In this document: positions 25,846-37,572 of the stretch, piece by piece
How the letters are laid out: the number at the start of each line of letters is the position of its first letter
Position numbering within the stretch: position 1 is the first letter of the stretch
DNA from: Rhodosorus marinus CCMP1338
Lineage: Eukaryota; Plantae; Rhodophyta
Assembly: GCA_029953675.1 (NCBI GenBank)
Contig: JAMWBK010000005.1
Location: forward strand, 3,038,001-3,102,000
Direction: 5' to 3'
DNA length: 64,000 nucleotides
The notes under the pieces: generated by a model
Seen by the model: only the letters and a program-made list of their open reading frames with translations
Databases searched by the model: none
Told to the model about the DNA's origin: nothing
Translations under genes and position numbers: made by a program

Positions 25846-26622
25846 CCTTCACTCCTTCGATGACTCCGTCGGTTTCCCATCGGCTCTCGAAAGGACGAGA
25901 TGATAGCGGCGACCTCTGTGTCCTGCGCAGTCCTGCTCTGATCTCGTCGGTATGCTCGAGCTATTCTGTTACTAGGGCGTGTGAGAATGGGACTCCAAGT
26001 TTTGGAGAGTGCCCCGTTCCGTTCGCAACGCTTTGATCTCGATTGGCACTCACGCCGGTCACTGCATCGGATAGATGGTCCGTTGTCCCGTGCGGGAATG
26101 GCCTGATCTCGTCCTTCTGTCCGCCTTGTTATGATGCTGGAGCTGTGTGAGGATGCGACCGACAAGGGCTTTGGTAGTGCTCTGTTCCGTTCGCAATGCT
26201 TTCTTCTCCATTGGCTCCCCAACGGCTGTAGCCACACAAATGCGGCGGATCAGAGTCTGGTTCTGGGTTTGCTCTGCTCTCGTCCGCATGTCCCACGTAT
26301 TGTGTGTGATGCTGGAGCGTGTGAAGGCTTGTTCAGTGGTCTATTCCATTCGTAGCTTGAGCAGTTCTCTCAGCTTCCACCACCCGCTTTCTCCTCGATT
26401 GGTCCTGGCGGCTGTCATCCCAAAGGTGCCAAGGTTCATCGTCCGATGTGGGTCCGGTCGGATCTTGTCATTATGTCCACGCTCTTATGATACTGGAACG
26501 TTTCGGCGTTGGACTGCAGCCAAGACTCCGAGGTTTCCTGTCATTCGCGAATGTGAGTACCTATGTAGAGGCTACGCGAGTCGCTCTCGACGTGGTAGGG
26601 GCAACACCTTCTACATGCTCAC

Positions 26623-27345
26623 GTGAAGCACCAACTTCGGCACCCCCATCTGCGGCACGGGAGCCTGCTCCGGCACCGCGACACTAACCGGCAGGTCGAA
26701 ATCTGGACGGTCTGGCTGCACTCAATCAAGGCGATCGCCTCCTCGGACCAGCGGCTCCCAGCAAAGTGCCGAGCAGTTGAGGACAGGAAGACGACTTTTA
26801 TCATCTGTACTACGACTTTCCTACCTGGGCAACGAGCTGTTTTTGAATGTGATGAAGCTGGTCTGTGCTGGATAAGGGCGATGAAGGTTTTAGAATACGT
26901 GCGTTGGGACGGGGGGTGAAGGGGGTTGCTCTGACTCCTCCCTGCCCTCTCACCCTGCCTTAGTTCGTTGATTTCGAGTCGAGAGCGCGGTTCGGCTGCT
27001 TGAATCATGCGCGGCCACGAGGAGGTTGTGTATCAAGAGGCCCTTGTGAATGTGATTATCCTGCAATCGAAACGTTTGTTCATGGAAAACAATCCTGATA
27101 GGAAGAAGACTAGGCTTAACATCGAGAGAACGGGTCTAAACTACGGATGTGTTAGATGGCCACAGCATAAAACTCAGCGAAGAGAGGAAACAGGAGTGAC
27201 CCTCATCGGGATCGCGAAAGCAGTCCAGAAGACACCAATGACGAGCGGGCCAAAGGTTGTAACGTAGCCGATTGAAAAGCTTCAGCGATCACTGTTTCAA
27301 CCCCTGGAACTGACTCCAAACGCAGCGATCATCCAACTAGCGTGA
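26623..27345 (+). pseudogene. Tentative, heavily decayed pogo/Tc5-like DDE transposase remnant
   Basis: In one reading frame across stops: 'VFECDEAGLCW' (compare xFNxDETGLxW) and, about 150 codons later, 'SLFQPLE' (compare SLLQPLD). The middle region is not recognisable. Confidence 0.2.
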
Positions 27346-28382
27346 CTCCAAGGTGATGCCCTCGCCATGTTATCATCATCCGCAGTAGGTTGTACAACCA
27401 GAACCCATGTCGACTTTGCTGCAACGTGACGCATGCACCGCATCAGCGTTCGCGAGGTTCCAGTTGGCCAAAAAGGACTGGACTTGTAATCGTACACACG
27501 ACAGCTCCTCGCTCTTCCACTGAATTCACCAGTCAAGCGTATTTTGCTTAAGCGCTGTCCATGCACAACACGATCTTTTGTTGATGCCATGTTTTGGAGT
27601 GTAATGACAATCGCGTGGTTTCAAACTGGAGCCCGTCTTTGTACCTCAATTGCAAAACGTCCACGCGTAATGGACGTCTCTCTCTGGACCCACAACAGAG
27701 CTCCTTGATTATCCACATACACAGTGAGCTTTGTTTTATGAGGGTGGACGCCCGGACAGATGTTACGAATGAAGATAAAGTCGCGGACCCATGTGATGTC
27801 TTATACAACATCATAGAATGCTAGCAACTCCGCCTCACAGGCTGATGTTCCAACCGGTCCTTGTCTTACGGACCTCCACTAGATTGGGGTGAAATCAAAA
27901 GTGAGAATGGTTCCACATCGGCTCTCACCATAGGTATTCTCTTCCCAATCAGTGCCCTTGCACGTTCAGCTTCAGCTTCACCATCAAAACATTAAACCTC
28001 GTTTTCGAGTATCCAAGGAGCGCTTTGCCTCCAGTCAATCAATCAATCAATTTCTTCAGAGCCTATCTTTTGGAATTCTGGCTCCGACATTGAATAGTGA
28101 TCATTTCTGGGTTTGACAAACTGTCACTCTCGATTTAATGGTTTTTATATATTCATATGAACGTGTCAGCAACCGTCGATTAGCGACAAGTGGACTCGGT
28201 ATAGTATTCTCAAGTCTGAATAGTGATGGAGGGAAAAGAGTAGAAGAATAGGGTGTTAGAGATGGTGATTTGCAGTATAGGCAAAAGTTGAAATTCTTGA
28301 GACTGGTGAGTTCTCAAGTGTAGATTGTATCTATGGGTATTTTTGTGAGCTTCACGAAAGCGGAATTGGGTGGGTGTGTCTA

Positions 28383-28440
28383 GTTCGAAAATCGCCGGGA
28401 GAAAGAGCTCTAGCCCTCTTTCTCCCGACGATTTTTGAAC
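28383..28440. other. 25-bp stem / 8-nt loop inverted repeat
   Basis: gttcgaaaatcgccgggagaaagag-ctctagcc-ctctttctcccgacgatttttgaac, with one G-T pair and one mismatch. Confidence 0.85.
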
Positions 28441-29508
28441 GCAAAGTTTCATCAGATATTGCCTGATAGGATTGCGTTGAGCAAGAGCTTCTTATACACT
28501 TAGGCTGTATTTCTTATAGCTTCGGTTTTAAATTAACGTCGCATCAAATTATCGCGTTTTACATTATATAGACCTCCAATTCTGTGACTGAATCATCAAT
28601 CATTTTAGCAATCATTTTAGCCACCATTTCCTCAATCAGTTCATCAATCGTTTCATCAATCGTAGTTTGATTGAGGACTTGCCCGCTCCCCTTCCACAGT
28701 ATCATATCTTCATGCGCACATTGATGAGCACTCTCCTGATTGAAAGTACTGTGCTTTGCTAATGTTTGCATGGAAGGGGCAAAAGCGGCTATGAGGGTTC
28801 CGCGGTGCCCTTTGGATGGCGCCACTCCCCCTCTGACGCTGTTCTTAATTTTTTTTTTGCGGGAAAAAAGTAAGGCATGTAGAGTGTTGTGAGTTGTTGG
28901 CTGGGGAGATTCTTTATGTTTTGAGGACGAGGGGCGAGTGGGCTTTTGGACGCCATTGCATAGGACGACGCGTCCGAAGGCGAGCGCGGGTTGATTCTTG
29001 AGCCACTAGTGGGTGTTCGAGGGAAAGTGGGTTGCACAGTTTTGAAGGAAATCTACTGGAAAGAAATTTTTTCCCGTAAACGCACAGCTGCAATAGGTAT
29101 TGCCACGCTATTTGCTAAGCGACAAAATAGCCCCATGGTTGTCCACGTGTTGAAACCTCAGACAGTGCTACCTGAGAACCGCCAACCGAGTTCCCTAGCC
29201 CAGAAAATGTGGGCAAAAGTAATGCAGCTTCAGTGACTGATCTTAAACCGAACTCACTGTGCAAATTCCTCAATTTTTTTTGAAGTTCTACGCAGGGCTG
29301 GTATCTCATTTATTCGGTGAAGTCACCGAATCAAATGAATGACGTCGTTTAGTCGGGCTTCAAATATAGCCTATTCTTTACAGTCTACCAGTTCCGCAAA
29401 CCCCATCCATATTTATATAGTGTATTCCTTACATTTTTGGAAGTTCCAAGGGACCTAGAGTCACTGCCAGAGATCATCGGGCTGGGCTTGGGCTGTCAAC
29501 AACAAGGT

Positions 29509-29735
29509 TGTCATAAAATGTCTGATGCGAACTGAATTTCATACAATATTTAATTCACGAATAAAAACAGATCTCCGTGAATGAGAATATTTCAAAAAAC
29601 CTGTCTTGTAACGGTGTTTATCGGACAGACTTTTTAAAAAAATTTGTAGTCCATATATGACAGTCTTCTTCGTTTATTCCATATATGCTGTACTAGTATG
29701 TGTACTAAGCATTTTTGTCGGACAATAAAATGACA
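29509..29735. mobile_element. Second MITE-like copy, inverted relative to 25611-25845
   Basis: TGTCATAAAATGTCTGAT...gtttatcggacag...gtactaagcatttttGTCGGACAataaaATGACA aligns colinearly with the reverse complement of 25611-25845. Confidence 0.7.
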
Positions 29736-30562
29736 GAAATACGGACTATGGAATCAATATCAAGGTTTTCATCGGGAATTCTCAAGAGGGGTGGTTTTTG
29801 GAGGGGTACCCCCAACCACGTCGACACAGAATACGCGCTTCTTCTTTTTTGTTGTCAATTCACGAGAGGAAGCCAACCATGAATTATCAATACAAATTGC
29901 GAATTCAACATACCTTTCTTAATTATTACTACAATTCAATACTATATTAGAATTTCCCACCAACCCCTGAACACCAATACAAATCAATCTAGAAGAGTTG
30001 AATGACCAATCCGGTGGCACAAAAATTCAATTTTCGCCCTAAACGAAACCGGCGCGCAGTAAACGTAAATCATACTCTGCCGCGTTTCTCCACCCCCTCT
30101 CCCCTGCTTTGGGTATATATCGCGGTCTCTTTTCCAATTCAGAAATTGTAGAAGAAAAAACCGTTTATTCCTCCTTAATAAAACTACGAGGACAATCCGC
30201 CTCCACCCCCCACCCCCCTGGCCTTTTTGTTTTCATCAATGTACGAACATTGACTGCTCGCCCATCCGAGCTCGAGGCAAAAAAAAAAATAATTTGGGAA
30301 ATTAGTTGGTTTCAACACCTTTTTTGTTCCTTTGGATTATGTGGATGAGGGGTGTCCTTCGTCCTTCCCCCGTCTTCCTCATTAGAAATAGTTTTTTCGT
30401 CAGTCAGTTTATCATCGCGACGATCATCCAGTGTTTAGGCCTTTTTGGGGTCGGGGAGAGGATAGATGATATTTCTTCAGGGCTAGAAAACTCATCTCAT
30501 CTTCAGCAAACAATCTTAAGAAATTAAATTCGCTTAGCTCCCTCCCTCTCCACCTCGACCCA

Positions 30563-30940
30563 TTGTCTGTCTGTCTGTCTCTCTCTCTCCCTCTCGCTAT
30601 CTCTCTGTCTCTCTCACGTCTTTTGGTTTCCATAGCAGTAATGTTTTTTTACTGCATCCAGATACCCGGTCAAAATCCGCCACCTGTATTAGGGAGATGT
30701 ATGGAAGCAAGTCACTTGCACGCTGTTCACCTATACTTGTGAGGAGGATTGTGTACGGTGGAAGAGCGTTCTGGGTGTGAGGTGTGTAGGTGCTTTTGTA
30801 CAAGTTGATATATATATAATATATATATATATATACCAAAACGTCTAGCATATATATGTATATATATATATACCAATCTTTGGTTGGTGTGGAGGGGAGT
30901 TGGAGGTGAAGGGTGCTGGTGTGTTTGTGTGTGTGTGTGG
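30563..30940. repeat. Microsatellite cluster: (GTCT)n/(CT)n, (AT)n, (GT)n
   Basis: Direct reading of 30563-30615, 30808-30872 and 30920-30940. Confidence 0.85.
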
Positions 30941-31133
30941 GGGAATTTGTTTGAGATTGGAAGAGGATCGTGTTGTTTGTTGTTGTTTTTTTTTGGTTTC
31001 TGCTTGGATAATTAGTGGGCATTTTTGGATTGCTCATTAGAGAGTGATCTTTTGAGATCTTTCTTTGGTGAGTTGGATTCGGTTGGCGGATTTTCTGAAA
31101 GGGAGGGGCGGGTGCGGCGGGACGTTGGGAGAT

Positions 31134-32811
31134 ATGGATACTGAGAAGTTGAAGTTTACTTGTTCGACAAGTTATGCGACTGCGGATGATGACGTTGTGA
31201 TGTTGGGAGTTTTGGAAGCTGAGAAGTTGAAGTTTACTTGGTCGACAAGTGATGCGGCTGCGGATGAGGACTTTGAGGTGACTTTGGCTGGGTTTGAGAA
31301 GGGTCCCAAGCCGGTGAATTATCTGGTGAGCCTTTGTGTGTTACTTTTTTTTCCGGCGTTGTGGCATTTTCACTGACGGTTAGCTCAACTGGTGCAGGTC
31401 TTTGTGCTTGACGTAAAGAGCAGCGCTGGATATGAGTTCAGGATTCGAAAGACCGTGAAGAATTTTGGGGTTTTGCACAATGCTCTCAAGTACGACACGC
31501 CGTCATGGCCGTCAACGAAAAATTTCAATTCCTACCCGTGGAAGAAATCAGTTTACGCCAGCGAAAAGGAGAACCTCGAGGCGTGGGTGGTGTGTGCTTC
31601 TTTTGTAAACCAGTTTTTGCAGGACTACGAGGAGAACAAGTACAATCCATCCATGAAAGCTTTGGGAACAGATCCGCGTTGTCCTAGGGAAACGATTGCG
31701 GAGCACTACCGTGCCTGCTTCCGCTGCTTGTTCTTCTTGCTTAGGGACAAGGAAGTCGACAAGTAAGTATCAGCTGTTTTTTGAGAGAATTTCTTCCAGT
31801 GCTAGAGCAGTGTCTGACCCCACATGTACTTCCCGCAGACTTGATGCGACCGGATTGTGGAGGCAGGAACAGACGATGAAGCTGACGAGCAAGACTGGTC
31901 ATGCGCTCTATATGAGACAGTGGAACCCTTACAATCCAAATACGCTTGAGCCCATGGAGGGGGCGGACCCCCTGGCATGTGTGATTGCTTTGCACGGCTA
32001 TTCTGACCAAGGAGACGGTTATACGATGACTCAGATAGCTAAAATGGCTACTTCCATCGGATGTATTGCGTATTCCGTCGACGTACATGGCAACGGTAGG
32101 TCAGATGGACCGAGGTGTAAAGTAAGCGCCTACAGCGACCTTGTTGACGATCATTTGCTACTGGTCGACGCGGTCAAGGCCAAACACCCGGGCAAGAAAA
32201 TCTTCCTCAGCGGGCCGTCGATGGGTGGAGGACTCTCAGTACAGTGCGGCCTGAGAAGCAAGGATGTCTCTGGAATGATCCTCTTTTCCCCCATGGTGAA
32301 AGTATCGGAGGGTCAGAGCCCAATGCTGCGAAGGCTGGCGCCTCTTTTGGCGGCAGTTGTCCCGAATAGCAAGGTTTGTTCAAGAGCTTGAGCTGGACCT
32401 CGCCCAAGCATACACAGCACTTATCTAAAGTTTGTTTTTCGTTGTTGTGATCAGATCGCCACTTTGGACATTGAACGGATGAGCCACAACTCGTACTTCC
32501 AGAGACTTCAGCCGTACCAGGCGTTTGGATACGATGACAAAATCGTTACCATTACCGGTTGGCAGATGTTGAAGCTCTGCATTGATACATCCAAGCAGTT
32601 TGAAAGCCTTGAAACTCCCTACATTGCCTTCCATGGGCTTGACGACGAGATCACCTCACCGAATGCGACCAAGGACTTCTACGAGCGAACGTCATCAAAG
32701 GACAAAACAGTGGAGTTCTTAGAAGGCAAGTACCACGAGCTGGTCATGGAAGATGACAAGGACGAACTCCTCGCAAAGGTGTCTGAGTGGATTACCACCA
32801 GAGCGGGGTGA
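31134..32811 (+). CDS. Monoacylglycerol lipase-like alpha/beta hydrolase (Hydrolase_4) with an N-terminal PX-like domain
   Basis: Exons 31134-31325, 31398-31762, 31839-32373, 32455-32811. 'LHGY', 'VDVHGNGRSDG', nucleophile elbow GPSMGG, acid 'HGLDDEIT' and 'YHEL' complete the catalytic triad. Confidence 0.85.
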
Positions 32812-35168
32812 TTTTGGACATATTTCAAGCCGGATGTTTTAACCCGGATGCATTAACGGAAAGTCCTATACAGAGGAGCCACTACGTGTTCCCACTTATA
32901 TAAGCGTCAGACTCTATTGCACTCGTTTGGATCTTGAACTTCGGGTTGGATCCACAAGTTCCCGTCGAAGTACTGGAAAGCAATAAACAACACGAAATTG
33001 GTACTTAATCTGTACTCTGGGTCTCATCATCGCCGATCGACTTGATTTCTGGGATTTTCAACCGATACCCAACGGTTGACGAGACATGGTATCGATTTGC
33101 TACCATCCACACCCAACCCTCTGATTGTACAGTACGCACTGAACTGCACTCCACTCCGACTTTCACAAGCCGAGCAGAAGCTGAGCGCTGGTTCTTACAA
33201 GGTTGCTTCACCGCTTTCTGGATTGCAGTCTCAGGTCTCTAGGGATAATCCCGACACGGACATTCTAGCTAAACTGAGAAGTGATCAAAGCTCTTCAGTG
33301 TCTTCCACGAGGGTGGCAAAATTTTCTCTCGTATCCCATCAGCAAGGATCTTCGGGGAGCGTTTAGATTTTTTTCTCTCAACAAAGACAACGTTTTGAAC
33401 AAGTACGAGAACGGTCTTCAAATGAGACCTACCGCGCACAGCAGTGCACGCGTGGTCGAGCTGAGAACTTTCAATCGTTTCATCGTTACTATCTTTAGGG
33501 TTTCTGCACCAAAACATCCGAGCATGTTAGCCCCCTCGGGGCTTTTCAGCCTCGAGAAAGCTCTTGGTTCTACGCGGACTCTCTCACATCCTCAAAGGGC
33601 GAGCTGTCCCACTCCTCGTCGTCAGAATTAACTCTCTGCGAAAGGCTTTGTGTTTAACTATGTCATCATCAAAAGCGAGGTCATGATGGACCCTAAGAAC
33701 CCTCGTGTTAGCGCCACTCGAAAGCGCCTGAGGTCGCGTTCGAGTTCAACCTCCCATCTAAGTGAGCTTCCGTCAAGAAAAATCCAAGCCGAAGCCGCTC
33801 CTCACCATGGAGACTGCATGGAGTTCCTACGCGAACTTGTTGAGAGCTTGAAAAGCACCTATCGTAGTCTTCAAGTGCTCACACCCTCGCCAAGTCTTAA
33901 AGCCGTTCCATGCTTTGTCGCCAGGGCAATAGTCGTCCGCAATCGAGCTCTTCCAAAACCGAGGTAACGGGGTGCGACCTCGTGAAGCCCAGCTCTTCCC
34001 ACACTCTCAAGTTCAACAGGTCGCATTCTATCACCCTCCAGAATGCCTGGAGTTCTTACGCGGACTTATGGTCAAACGCTGAAGAGGAGTCTTCCCATTC
34101 CTGGCACCTCTGGAAGTTCTACAGGAGGGGAGCAGACACCCCTTTCGATTCAAGTGAGAAGTTTTGCTCAGAGCTACGATTATACCCATTCTACTACTCA
34201 AAATTGACCCGACTATATAGTAAACTTTTTACAACTAGATGAAATCCATGAGGAGCGTGGCGTGGAAGCTTGTTTGATTGAGACTAGGATGGTGACGACT
34301 CGCTCTAGGCAAGAGGAGCAGATAACAAAGTTGCGGAGTTTATACACTGCTTGTGAACAGTCGGTTTTGTTTTTGCCGAGATTGCTCATCGCAGGGAGAA
34401 ATCGCAAGACCTCAACGGCCTTTTAGAATCATATGGCATAGTGGGTTGAGCCTGCCCGCTCGTATATATGGTCCCCATCCAGGAAGGGTTTTGCTCGATA
34501 CAATTTCGACGCATTCTCCCGCGAAGAATGTTTTTAAAGCTAAGAAGCACCGGGAAACGGCAAAACCACAAATACTTCACTTTATCCTGCCATTGGACTC
34601 CGCGAATGTTGGGTGAGTACCAGGCTAACCCCGCAGAAAGAGCAGCAATGCTTCCTCAGTTCAACTCTACCTGCGAAGAATACGATGCTAGCCCTAGGTG
34701 GATTCGACATGAGCCATTTCCGGTTCTTGGCTAACAGAAGCATCGTGGAAAACACCCTGGTAAGCAGCTAGCTTTTCGACAAGGTCGAAAACTGAACTCG
34801 CTCTTCACATGTTCAAAGCTTGAATGACAGTGATGCTTACTCCATCACTGTCCGGAACGCCGTTTCAGCTCTTGTTGACCAACTACTTCGTCAAGCCAAA
34901 CGATCCTCTCTTTTCGGGTTGCTTAAGAACAGCCCTAAAACTCTACGAATCTGATTCGCTTCCCATTATAAAAATTGTATCCTCCCGATTACTAGCTAGT
35001 ATCGGTAAAGTCGTCTGCTTCCGTCAATAGAGAGTGAGCGTTGCCTGTTTGCTCTTCAGTGTCAGCTTGATAAGGAGGGAAAGGAGGTGGTGGAGGTATA
35101 GTAGCAGGGAGCGAAGGGGAGGGGGAAGGGGAAGGGGAGGGAGGGGGAAGGAGGGAGGCACCTGAGTA

Positions 35169-36426
35169 ATGGTTTGGAGGTAAGTGTTTGCGTTATCTAG
35201 TAGGAGCAAGTGTGTTGAGAAAGCATAATATGTTATAGAGAAAGCAGTTGGTTTGTGTTGTCTGACGGAAGCGTTTTGTTAGTGAGTAGAGGAGGAGTGA
35301 AATTGGGGGAGCTGGGAGGTACCTGGGCGTGGGGTGGAGGAGGTGTTTTAGGGAGCATTTTTTGAGATTTTGAAAGAAGGGGATTAAATAGTTTGGGAAG
35401 TAGTTTTCAAGGTCTTCGAAGAGCCTTGGAGGTGGTGAGTGAGTAGGCTTTGGTTTTCTGGGAGTTGGAAACGTGAAATGGGGTGAAGAAAGGGGTCGTT
35501 GGTGTGGTTTGAAGTGGTTTTCGGTGGGGTCGTAACCGTTTTTCTAGGGGTTTGGAGGTAGACAGTGATGGGTGTTGTGGGAGTATGAGATCATTTCACT
35601 CTGCGTGGGATCTGGATGATCCAAGGGAGGCTATTGCCACTCATACCAATGGGGTGAAATGGTTTCTGATGTTCGGTTTACGGCTAGACGAGCTCGGGGT
35701 CCGTGTTGACCGCGACCTGGCCGCGAGCTCAGACCCGAGCATCAAAGTTGCTAGTGACCCCAGGCAGATGGAGTTTACTATTCAGGGGGATATTCAAGGC
35801 TTAGGCGATGTCAGCGTGCGATACAATCCCCTGAAAAACCTCGCGAGATTGAGAGCGAGGGTATGTTATAGGGCCATGAGACTCTTCACGGCGTCAAATT
35901 TGGAAGGACTGAACGTTACTCCAAGACCAAAGCACACAGATGAAATAGGAATACAGTTGAGGGACGTTTCCCCCTTTAAGACAAAGCTATTGGTAAGGTG
36001 TTTCCTCTCTCTCTTTTGTTCCTTTCCGGGGAAGCGGGGATTTCTTACCAAGCATTCCAACTGTATGTCCTGCAGCAAACTCTTGGAGTCAAGTACAACT
36101 TACAAAGTGGGGATATAAAGACGAAGGTAGTGCTCCGACATAAGAGACTCAATATTCGCGGAGAATATGACCCCGAAGAAGGTCTAATAACTCAGGCGGG
36201 GGTCCACGTAGGGAGGAAGCAGCTGATCTCGTATGCTTGGAAAGACCATTCCAGTGAGCTCAGGTGGAGGAGTGTCGATAGCGATCAACCGTTTTCTGTT
36301 TCGCTTGAGGTGCCTTACAAAGGAAGCTGGGAGGATCGACTAGATGAAACGGTCTTGACCCTCCGCAAAAAGTTCGTCATCGATGGAATGAGAATCTTTG
36401 AGGAGATGACTAGAATCCAGAATTAA
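35169..36426 (+). CDS. Predicted beta-barrel protein, candidate plastid outer-envelope pore (OEP24/OEP37-like); first exon uncertain
   Basis: Exons 35548-35992 and 36076-36426, plus a possible micro-exon 35169-35179. Alternating hydrophobic beta-strands. The C-terminus 'FSVSLEVP...TVLTLRKKFVI' recalls the OEP37 C-terminus. Confidence 0.45.
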
Positions 36427-36611
36427 TAGGTTTCAAAAAAGAGACAGAAAAAAGCGACACACGTCCGCCCAAGAAAAAAGTAAGGCACACAAAACTCCCT
36501 ATTGCAGCCCCCGAGTTCCCCTCCATTGTCGCTGGCTATGGCTTCAACCAAAGGCATAGGTCTCCCCAAACAAAGGCATCCGACCATTTGAACGAAACGC
36601 AAAGCCAGGAA

Positions 36612-36638
36612 GCCACCAAAGCCACCAAAGCCACCAAA
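36612..36638. repeat. 9-bp tandem repeat (gccaccaaa)x3
   Basis: Direct reading. Confidence 0.8.
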
Positions 36639-36685
36639 GCTCCGCCAGGCTTCCGGATAACGCCAAATCTGAAACAATCCCTCCT

Positions 36686-37461
36686 TCAGGAAAGCATCCC
36701 ATCTTCGGGGATATGAGCGTACCAAAAACTTCCAAAGACCCTAGCTCGCTCCAACTGTCCAAAGGCATCGAAGGAGTATCCAGAATAGCAATCTCCTATC
36801 TCTCGGAAGCTGCTGTTGAGAGCAAACTCTTGGATCGAAGCCGCTTGAGGTATCATCATCATCATTCGTTTAGGCAGAGCCTATCTACCCTGAGGAGCGG
36901 AGGCTGTCAAGACGGCTGGGGGCATCTCGAAAAACACGATGAAGCCAGCGAGAAGCAACACCGTCGAAAAGACTAAAACGCTCGATGATTAGCATACAAA
37001 CTGATGAGACAGCGCGGAGTCCCCAAACTTTGGTAGAACCATCTTCTCGGCTTACTTTGACTCCTTCAAGGGTCGCATTGAACCAGCGGCAGCACCACGA
37101 CGTTGCGCAGACATGGGAACATATCGCGCAGCCTGAGGACATGGAATAGGCAAGTCAAGGATCCTCACTCCCACGAGCGGGCCAGCTCCAGACTAAATGG
37201 CAACCCCAGACTACGTATCATCTTTACAAGCACGAGCGTTTCTTGAAGTTCAGAGACTCTGACTTTTCCTGAAAGATCTAGCCGAACCCCGTCTCCCGAA
37301 CTGGCTCTGTTTGGGTAGAGCATCTCTCTATCATTGAGAGACCGCAGTGGCGTAGCTGTGATATCTGCGTTGAGAGACCACCTCGCCGGAACGCGTAGAA
37401 TCTGCTCCTCAAGCGCCTGATCCGGGTAGAAGGATGCGCAAAGATGGTGAACCGCAAGCAA
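36686..37461 (-). pseudogene. Possible decayed LRR-like gene; frame preserved across one intron, with in-frame stops
   Basis: Segments 'LRSLN', 'RLDLSG', 'IRSLGL', 'LRDMFPCLRNVVVL', 'SIQEFAL' and 'FGQLERARVFG' share one frame once the GTAAGC...GCTAAT...TTTTAG intron (about 37055-36974) is removed. Three internal stops. Confidence 0.25.
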
Positions 37462-37572
37462 GCTTCAGACGACTAGAAACGGTCAGTTGATCGGCATGGA
37501 GGCAGAGGCTTCTGAATAGGGGGAGGGATTAGGAAAGGGTGATGAAGGGGTTCATCCCCTCGTCGTTGTTCA

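Noticed and set aside
28559-28825. Minus-strand ORF with 12-nt repeats (IDET/IAKM)
   Set aside because: It is short, unrecognised, and explainable by local tandem duplications inside the TIR-bounded unit.
35024-35360. Pro-rich minus-strand ORF fragments
   Set aside because: They arise from the G-rich leader of the plus-strand gene, and all frames stop quickly.
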